62,974 nucleotides of DNA. Source: Faecousia sp. (lineage in GTDB: Bacteria; Bacillota; Clostridia; Oscillospirales; Oscillospiraceae). Below the pieces are notes generated by a model. The model saw only the letters and a list, made by a program, of their open reading frames with translations, had not been told where the DNA came from and did not search any database. Within the stretch, counting starts at the first letter, position 1, and every line of letters begins with the position of its first letter. The DNA lies in contig JAZQQD010000135.1 of NCBI GenBank assembly GCA_045628895.1, positions 1 through 62,974 of the forward strand. Direction: 5' to 3'. The translations under genes and the position numbers were made by a program. Shown one piece after another: positions 56,122 through 62,974 of the stretch.

Positions 56122-57642
56122 TTATTTGCCTGCCAGCCAAGCGTCCAGCTGAGCCTGCTTCTCGTCCATGACCTTCTGCAGGCCTGCGGCGTACAGCTGC
56201 TCGTTGAACTCCTTCAGAGTGGGCTCGACTTCCACGTTGCCGCACATCAGGGAGTAAGCATACTGCTCGTAAACGTTGGTCAGAGCAGTGATCTCGTCCT
56301 TGACCTTGCTGCCGTCGAAGCGGAAGCCATAGTAGGGAGAGGTAGGAGCAACCTTATTGATAGTCTGAGCATACTTCAGATTAGCAGCCTTCTCCTCAGC
56401 AGTCTTGCCCTGCTCCAGGCCCCACATGATGCTCTCAGTGCCCCACTCGCCCATGGTCATGAAAGCGCAGTAAGGAACGGTATCAGCGGTCTTGCCTTCG
56501 GGATAAGTAACGGTGTCCTCGGTAACCTTGACATAGTCACGGCCTTCCAGACCCCACAGCAGAGTGTTGTAAACGTACTCATCGGTGTAAGCGATGTTCA
56601 GGAACTGAACAGCAGCGTCCACAGCCTTGGAGGTGCTGGGGATGCCCAGAACAGCAGAAGCGAAGTCGGTGGTCAGGTAGGGCTCACCCAGCTTCTTAGC
56701 GCCGATGTTACGGCCGGTCATGTTGGACTGCATGACACCGAAGTCGGTGTAGTCCTCACGGACACCATAGCTTGCGTAGGTGCAGAAGCCACGGCCAGCC
56801 ATCATGTACTCGGTACCACGCATAGCGGAGGTAGCCATATCCTGAGGCATGTAGTTGTTGTCGTGCCACATCTTCATCTGGTTGCACAGAGCCAGGTACT
56901 CCTCGGACTCGAAGACATTGACAACCTTGCCGGAATTGCCGAAGACAACACCGAAGTCATTGCCGATGGTATCGATTTCCTTAGCAGCATAGAAGTAGTA
57001 GGGCAGGTTCTTGTTAGCAGCGTCGGTGGAGACGAAGGGATAGCAATCGTCAGTCTGCTTACGGATCTCAGCGAAGATGGCATCCAGGCTGTCCAGACCG
57101 TTGATATCGTCATCGGTGAAGCCAGCAGCGTACAGCATATCACGGTCATAGGTGATAGCAGCAGCCAGAGCCATGTTCTTGTTGGCAGGGATAGCCATGA
57201 TCTCGCCGTTCTGGGTCACGGTGCCGAAAATGTTCTCACCGCAGATGTCCTTAACAACCTTGGTCAGATCCTTGCCGTAGGTCTCCAGAGACTTGGTCAC
57301 GGGAGCCAGCTTCTCGGTAGCCAGAGCGGTAGCGATGTTGGAAGGAATAAAGATATCCAGCTGGTCGCCGCCCTGCAGCATCAGGTTGACCTTCTGATCA
57401 TAGTCAGCGGGGCCATACAGCAGCCATTCCAGCTCGATGTTGGTTTCGGGATACTTTTCCTTGATGTAGCGGTTAACTTCATCGGAAACAGTCTTGATAA
57501 TTTCGGTGGTAGGAACCACATTGAAGGTCTTCATAGCGAAGACAACCTTAGTGGGCTTATCACTGCCGGCCTTCTTGCCGCAGCCTGCGAACAGACCAAC
57601 GCACAGAACAACAACCAGCAGCAGAGCAATTGCACGTTTCAT
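56122..57642 (-). CDS. Carbohydrate ABC substrate-binding lipoprotein (DUF3502-type C-terminus)
   Basis: Lipobox FAGC; WGLEGRDY, GF-FD-S-V, AGL-KV-E-Q-QLDAW. Confidence 0.9.
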   Translation of the reverse strand: MKRAIALLLVVVLCVGLFAGCGKKAGSDKPTKVVFAMKTFNVVPTTEIIKTVSDEVNRYIKEKYPETNIELEWLLYGPADYDQKVNLMLQGGDQLDIFIPSNIATALATEKLAPVTKSLETYGKDLTKVVKDICGENIFGTVTQNGEIMAIPANKNMALAAAITYDRDMLYAAGFTDDDINGLDSLDAIFAEIRKQTDDCYPFVSTDAANKNLPYYFYAAKEIDTIGNDFGVVFGNSGKVVNVFESEEYLALCNQMKMWHDNNYMPQDMATSAMRGTEYMMAGRGFCTYASYGVREDYTDFGVMQSNMTGRNIGAKKLGEPYLTTDFASAVLGIPSTSKAVDAAVQFLNIAYTDEYVYNTLLWGLEGRDYVKVTEDTVTYPEGKTADTVPYCAFMTMGEWGTESIMWGLEQGKTAEEKAANLKYAQTINKVAPTSPYYGFRFDGSKVKDEITALTNVYEQYAYSLMCGNVEVEPTLKEFNEQLYAAGLQKVMDEKQAQLDAWLAGK

Positions 57643-57775
57643 AGTTTCCTCCTCAAATATGTATTGTAAAGCAGGGCAGCCTGCTCCACAGCCGCAGTAT
57701 ATTATAGCTTCATAAATGTAATAATTCTTTTAAAAAAGTACGACTTCTATTCAATTATGATGATTTTATAAAAAA

Positions 57776-59098
57776 CTATTCTTTTGTAATATCAGAAAGA
57801 AAATACACCGCAGAGAGCAGGTCCGCGCAGCCTCCGGGGGACAAATGCTCCCCGATAAACCAGCTGTCCAGGGCCTTTACACCGGAAATACCGAAATTCT
57901 CCAGCAGCATCCGGCTTCGCTGTGCTGCTTCCCTCGCCTTCTCTTCTCCTCCCCGATGCATCAGATTGGTATCCTCTACCCGGGCAATGAGGTGCAGCAG
58001 GGTCCAGATGCCCGCACGGTTCCGATCCCAACCACGGGATACCGCCTTTCTGTAGGCAGGAAGTCCCACATTGCGCACGGATGGCAGGCCCCGGGCGGCT
58101 TCACCCCGGACACCGCGAATGCCTTTGCTGGCATAGAGCCGTTCTCCGGCGGTGGCTTCCTGCTGATTCTGCAGATCCGCCTCCATGGCATCGGCTGTCA
58201 TGGCTGACACTTCCCTGCAGATTCTATCCGCATCGCAGTTTTCCACCGGATCCCACAGCCGGCCTGCAGCGCCGCAAAGCAAACCCATAGTAAAGATTGC
58301 GCCCTTATGGGTATTGATTCCCCCGGTGACGGCATACATTTTCTGCTCGGCAAGCAGTCCCGCCTGGCGAAGCCGGGAGAAGGTCTCCTCCGGAGACTCT
58401 GCCGCCGTAGCCATGCCGATCCGGGCACATTCCGTAAAATAAGGGATCAGAGCCGAAGCGCTGGCCATAAAGGTGAAAATATCCATATCCCCATGGCTGC
58501 CGCTGTTATTCCGGTCCACAAGGCCGGGCTTGGGGGTGGTGCAGACCTCATCCAGCAGAGCTTTGCCTGCCAGGGTGCCGATCTTCTCGGCATCCTCCAG
58601 GCGAAAATGCTCCAGCATCAGATTTCTCGCCGCTTCCTGCAGCTCCGGTACGCTGTGGATTCTTCGGGAAGCGCACCCCCTACCCTTCTGTCCACAGACG
58701 ATGCAGTCCCGGCTGCCGCCGCCGAAATCTTCACGGTTCAGCTTCTCTCCCCCGGGCTGCAGCACATCCATATCAAAAAGCCGACCCATGGGGCAGCTTT
58801 CCTCCACGGCGACGCAGATCCTTTTTGCCTCTCCCGCGGGAAGATCTACACAGAAAAAGGCCGTACAGCCTGTGATCTCCTCCTGCGCCTGGCGGAACAG
58901 CACCCTTGTCAGCCGATGCTCCAGGGCAGAAAGACCCCAGCGGAAGCTCCGTCGGATAAGCGGAGAATCCTTAATGGGACCGGGAATATTCATGGTGAAG
59001 CAGATAACAGGCTTCCCATATTTTTCCATAAGGATATTCTGGGTATTTACCCGCTGCTCCCGGGCATCTAACATCTGTATGAGGGTGACTTCTTCCAT
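57776..59098 (-). CDS. citXG: Fused citrate lyase holo-ACP synthase / triphosphoribosyl-dephospho-CoA synthase
   Basis: CitX: MLDARE-R, NIPGPIK, GRLFDMDV, C-VCG...C-S-R-H; CitG: EV-TPKPGLVD, NTHKGAIF, DTNL-HRGG, SPGGCADLL. Confidence 0.9.
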   Translation of the reverse strand: MEEVTLIQMLDAREQRVNTQNILMEKYGKPVICFTMNIPGPIKDSPLIRRSFRWGLSALEHRLTRVLFRQAQEEITGCTAFFCVDLPAGEAKRICVAVEESCPMGRLFDMDVLQPGGEKLNREDFGGGSRDCIVCGQKGRGCASRRIHSVPELQEAARNLMLEHFRLEDAEKIGTLAGKALLDEVCTTPKPGLVDRNNSGSHGDMDIFTFMASASALIPYFTECARIGMATAAESPEETFSRLRQAGLLAEQKMYAVTGGINTHKGAIFTMGLLCGAAGRLWDPVENCDADRICREVSAMTADAMEADLQNQQEATAGERLYASKGIRGVRGEAARGLPSVRNVGLPAYRKAVSRGWDRNRAGIWTLLHLIARVEDTNLMHRGGEEKAREAAQRSRMLLENFGISGVKALDSWFIGEHLSPGGCADLLSAVYFLSDITKE

Positions 59099-59153
59099 AA
59101 AGGCTCCTTTCATCGCAGGGGCGGATCGTCTCCGTTTCTACGATGGACACTTC

Positions 59154-60194
59154 TTAATAATGTATCAGATCCGTTGCCTTCTCGATGGCTTTGCGGACAG
59201 GCTCGGATTCCGGAGAGGCAAAATAAGCATAGGTAGTCTCCGGCAGCATAGCTCGGATCTCCTCCAGTTTTCCATCATGGATGGCCTGGCGGACAGTACT
59301 GGCGCTGATGACGGCAGAATCGGTTTCCAATCTCGGAATGATCTTACATTCCACCCCGCCCTGGGGCAGATTTTCCGCCAGGACCTCATTATAGAGGGCC
59401 GTGACATGGCTCGCCTTTTCCTCGCCCACATACCGGGTGGTGATCCCCAGTTCCTTTGCGATCTTCAGGAACACATGGGCATCCAGCCTGCCCTGGGTAC
59501 GGATGACCTCATCCCCATCCTTCAGAAAATAGCTGGGGAAGGTAGCCGAAGAGATCATATAAGGGCCGGATTTATGGACATAAACATTTGGAAGATCGGC
59601 AACGCCGTCACATACCAGCTTCCAGCGTACCTTTGCCGGAATGGGGCCGGCTTCCTCCTCCAGAACGAAGAGGTGCACCGTATCATTCTCCTTGGCTGCC
59701 TGCTCCACAAGATAGCGGTGGCCGCGGGTAAAGGGATTGGCATTCATTACGATGGCCGCAGTTTTTCCTGCCCCGGCTTTGGGTGTCAGCGCGCTGCAGA
59801 AATCCAGGAAACCCTTTCGGCGGTTTTCCATAAACACCAGTTTGCCGTCCACCCGGGCAATCTCATAAAAGCCCAGGTCTCCGAAAAACTTAGCGCTGCC
59901 GGGTTTGGTATACAGGAACACCCGGAAATTGCCCCTCTGAGCCTGCACATCCATAAGGTGGCTCACCACCTGGTTCAGCAGTCCCTCACCCTGGCGGGTA
60001 TGGGACACCGCCAGGCAGCGGATGGTATTATGGAAGCAGCTGCCGGTGGCTACCAGATTGTAGTCCTCGTCATACATGCCGCAGATATAGTCCAGATTTC
60101 CGTCCCGGCGGATGCCCTCCTGCTGCAGGAGCTTATCCACCTGGGAGAGGGCTCTTTTATCAGTGAGAGAAACGGAAGAAATAGTATCACTCAT
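59154..60194 (-). CDS. citC: [Citrate (pro-3S)-lyase] ligase
   Basis: GNAT N-domain; IVMNANPFT-GH-YL, ISSATFPSYFLK, RYVG-E, ISAS-VR motifs. Confidence 0.95.
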   Translation of the reverse strand: MSDTISSVSLTDKRALSQVDKLLQQEGIRRDGNLDYICGMYDEDYNLVATGSCFHNTIRCLAVSHTRQGEGLLNQVVSHLMDVQAQRGNFRVFLYTKPGSAKFFGDLGFYEIARVDGKLVFMENRRKGFLDFCSALTPKAGAGKTAAIVMNANPFTRGHRYLVEQAAKENDTVHLFVLEEEAGPIPAKVRWKLVCDGVADLPNVYVHKSGPYMISSATFPSYFLKDGDEVIRTQGRLDAHVFLKIAKELGITTRYVGEEKASHVTALYNEVLAENLPQGGVECKIIPRLETDSAVISASTVRQAIHDGKLEEIRAMLPETTYAYFASPESEPVRKAIEKATDLIHY

Positions 60195-60254
60195 AGCAAA
60201 ATCCTTCTGTAATTCAATATATTTTTGATTTTATCACAGAATTCGGAAAAAAGA

Positions 60255-60284
60255 TATCCCCCATTCCCTAGGGAATGGGGGATA
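60255..60284. terminator. Palindromic hairpin after the citrate transporter gene
   Basis: TATCCCCCATTCCCTAGGGAATGGGGGATA. Confidence 0.55.
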
Positions 60285-60296
60285 ATTCTCGGAAAA

Positions 60297-61739
60297 TTAC
60301 ACAGGCATGATGCCCAGGATCACAGCGAAAACCATGCACAGGATGGAGAAGCCCCAAACATACATGAAGGAAGCCTTAATATGATCCTTGATGTCCACAT
60401 CAGCAAGGCCGGTACCCAGCAGAGTAGCAGGAACCATGGGGCTGATGAAGGTAGCGCAGTTGCGGCACACAACCATTGCCACAGCGATGGGCAGAGCTGC
60501 AAGGCCGAAGCTCTGGCCGATAGCAATGATAACGGGCAGCATACCATAGAAGTAGGAGTCGGTGTCGAAGGCCAGAGCCAGAGGCACAGACAGGATACCG
60601 ATAACCAGAGGCAGGTGCTGACCGATAGCGGTGGGCAGCATGGACTCCACGATGCCGGCCAGGCAGCGGACAACGCTGGGCACATCCACGGATGCAGCCT
60701 TAGCGGAAGCAGCGGCCAGACCGGTGATCACGCCGGCATCATTCAGCTTAAAGTTGAAGCTGGTGGTCAGAACGCCCATGAGGACGGCAGCGCCCATCAG
60801 AGTAGAGCACATCATGAGAGCGGGACCTGCATGGAGGTTGATGATCTTCTTGTGCATCTTAGCGGAAGCGCCGTAGTTGACGAACAGAGCCAGAGAAACA
60901 CCGATCATGAAGGGTACGTAGGAGGGGAACTCATCCCAGATCAGCAGAGCAATGACACCAATGGTCAGAGCAACGTTGAACAGGAACAGCTTGGGACGGG
61001 CCAGCTCATTGGCTTCAGGGTTCTCGGAAGCAATTTCCAGAGACTCGCCGGCAGCCAGACCGGCGCCGCGCTTCTTCTCCTGCACACCGGTGAAGAAAGC
61101 GTGAGCCAGAGCAAGGACAACGCCGAAGATCTGAATAGGGATCAGAGTGGTCCACAATTCGCTGGCTTCTACGCCCAGAACGGTGGCAGCACGCATGGTG
61201 GGGCCAGCCCAGGGCATCAGGTTCAGGACACCCATAGCCAGAACTGCGATCCGCAGCAGGCTGGTGGGACGCATGTTCATCTTCTTGTAGACAGGCAGCA
61301 TAGCGGGAACCACGATGCAGAAGGTGGAAGCTCCGCCGCCATCCAGATGGCCGATCAGTGCAATGACACAGGTCATGACGCAGACACCGACAACATTGTT
61401 GCCGATGAGCTTCATCAGCTTGCCGATGATGACATCGAACATGCCGGCATCAGACACGATGCCAAAGTAGAGAACGGAGAAAACGAAGAGGGCTGCGGTA
61501 GGTGCGGTGGAGTTGAAACCGGCCTTGATCATAGCGGTCAGGTCGCCGAAGGACAGGGAAACGGCAGTGCCGTCGATGTTTCGGCCGCCCAGAACCAGGA
61601 TCACGCCCAGAATCATGGGGAATACGATGAATGCGATGGCAGGCTGGGTCTTGCTCTTGAACAGGGTGACAACAATTGCCACGATGGTGATAAGACCCAG
61701 AATGCCGACCAGGGTATTGCTCATAGGGTACACGCTCAC
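60297..61739 (-). CDS. CitMHS-family citrate transporter
   Basis: F-VLYFG-DAGMFD, HLDG-GAST, N-PW-GPT-RAA, TDSYFYG-LP, ISP-VPAT motifs. Confidence 0.9.
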   Translation of the reverse strand: MSVYPMSNTLVGILGLITIVAIVVTLFKSKTQPAIAFIVFPMILGVILVLGGRNIDGTAVSLSFGDLTAMIKAGFNSTAPTAALFVFSVLYFGIVSDAGMFDVIIGKLMKLIGNNVVGVCVMTCVIALIGHLDGGGASTFCIVVPAMLPVYKKMNMRPTSLLRIAVLAMGVLNLMPWAGPTMRAATVLGVEASELWTTLIPIQIFGVVLALAHAFFTGVQEKKRGAGLAAGESLEIASENPEANELARPKLFLFNVALTIGVIALLIWDEFPSYVPFMIGVSLALFVNYGASAKMHKKIINLHAGPALMMCSTLMGAAVLMGVLTTSFNFKLNDAGVITGLAAASAKAASVDVPSVVRCLAGIVESMLPTAIGQHLPLVIGILSVPLALAFDTDSYFYGMLPVIIAIGQSFGLAALPIAVAMVVCRNCATFISPMVPATLLGTGLADVDIKDHIKASFMYVWGFSILCMVFAVILGIMPV

Positions 61740-61781
61740 TTTCTTTTCTTTTCTATTTAATTCACCGGTTTTACCGGAAAA

Positions 61782-62974
61782 TTACAGGGTTACGGGCTTG
61801 ATCTTACGAACAACATCCAGCACAGTGCCGTCACGGGCTTCCAGAACGGCAACGACCTTGTCCTCCCACTCCATGTCATCGGGAGTACCAACCAGAGAAT
61901 AAGCCTTCTCCTGCAGGGACTCGATGGTGACATGGGGGATGCCTGCCTTATCCAGGCACTCGATGAGGTCGGGACGCAGGGGGTTGACAGCGATGCCGTA
62001 ATCGGTAACCAGCACGTCAACGCAGTCGCCGGGGGTAGTAACGGTAACAACGTTCTTGCAGACGGTTGCCATACGGCCACGGGTCAGAGGAGTGACGATA
62101 ATGCAGACCTTGGAGCCGGCTGCGGTATCGGGATGTCCGCCGGGAGCGCCGCGAAGCACACCGTCGGAACCGGTGAGCACGTTGACATTAAATCCGGTAT
62201 CGATCTCCAGAGCAGCCAGAACGACGAAGTCCAGCTTGTTGACGAAAGCGCCCTTGTTAGCGGGGTTTGCGTACTGAGAAGCAGACATCTCAAAGTGGCC
62301 GGGAGTCTGGTTGATGGAGTTAACGGCATCCAGGTCGAAGTCCTGCACGTCGATAACCTTGCCGACCTTACCCTTCTTCAGCAGCTCCACCATGGGGCCG
62401 CAGATACCGCCGATGGCCCACCCCATCTTGATATCCCGCCCGTCCATGTACTTCTCCAGGAACAGGTTGGCTGCCAGAGAGGGGCCGCCGACACCGGTCT
62501 GGAAGGAGAAGCCATCCTTGAAGTAAGGAGTGGAAGCGATGACCTTTGCCACATCCTCAGCCATCATCAGATCTCTGGGGTTCTGGCTGATACGGGCAGC
62601 GGAGGAAGCGATCTTCTTGGGGTTGCCGATGGAGTCGACCACAACAACGGCATCCACATCAATGGCTTCCACGGATGCGGGCATGTTGGGGAAGTCAACC
62701 AGGCAGTCGGTTACAACGACCACATGATCGGCGTACTTGGCGTCGGTCATGGCGTAGCCCAGAGAGCCGCAGTTGCTCTTGCCGCCGATGCCGCGGCAGT
62801 TACCTACGCAGTCGGAGGTAGGAGCGGCAACGAAAGCGATGTCGATATGTACTTCGCCAGCCTCGATGGCACGGGGACGGCCACCGTGGGAGCGGATGAT
62901 AGCGGGAGTCGCCAGCTTACCGGCGGAAACCACTTCGCCCATACGGCCGCGGATACCGGAGGTCTGGATACCGA
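61782..62974 (-). CDS. citF: Citrate lyase alpha chain (citrate:acetyl-ACP transferase), 5' end outside the window
   Basis: IQTSGIRG, RSHGGR-RAIE-GE-HID, CGSLGYA, GFSFQTG-GG, SAS-YANP, GA-GGH-DTAAG, DVLVTDYGIAVNP motifs. Confidence 0.95.
   Translation of the reverse strand, partial: GIQTSGIRGRMGEVVSAGKLATPAIIRSHGGRPRAIEAGEVHIDIAFVAAPTSDCVGNCRGIGGKSNCGSLGYAMTDAKYADHVVVVTDCLVDFPNMPASVEAIDVDAVVVVDSIGNPKKIASSAARISQNPRDLMMAEDVAKVIASTPYFKDGFSFQTGVGGPSLAANLFLEKYMDGRDIKMGWAIGGICGPMVELLKKGKVGKVIDVQDFDLDAVNSINQTPGHFEMSASQYANPANKGAFVNKLDFVVLAALEIDTGFNVNVLTGSDGVLRGAPGGHPDTAAGSKVCIIVTPLTRGRMATVCKNVVTVTTPGDCVDVLVTDYGIAVNPLRPDLIECLDKAGIPHVTIESLQEKAYSLVGTPDDMEWEDKVVAVLEARDGTVLDVVRKIKPVTL

Overview
A 63-kb chromosomal stretch from an anaerobic Firmicute (Clostridia; Oscillospiraceae-like by gene style, an inference), built as a patchwork of self-contained metabolic modules. 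In order: a cobalamin-riboswitch-controlled NifH-like gene (cut by the window edge); a LysR-chrA pair; an unannotated 57-aa AbrB/SpoVT-like microgene; an FAD-oxidoreductase/SLC13 module; a Vor-type 2-oxoacid:ferredoxin oxidoreductase with ptb/buk, an OFA-MFS and a PaaI thioesterase; a flavonoid module (flavone reductase FLR-like, bacterial chalcone isomerase, LVIVD propeller protein); a fructan (GH32) locus; a C-S lyase/permease/Mo-enzyme/RidA operon ending in a Moco-riboswitch-controlled ECF S-component and mobA; uxuAB-uxaC; pepF; trxA; capD-like; a sugar ABC transporter; and citrate lyase genes. Most notable: (1) a plausible complete flavonol-to-arylacetate pathway with a candidate for the ring-cleaving hydrolase; (2) four co-oriented copies of an abrB 3'-end plus hairpin unit sitting at module boundaries; (3) a candidate molybdenum/tungsten-cofactor salvage transporter. 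I saw no rRNA, tRNA, CRISPR array, integrase or transposase. Family calls come from motif recognition and recall, not database searches.
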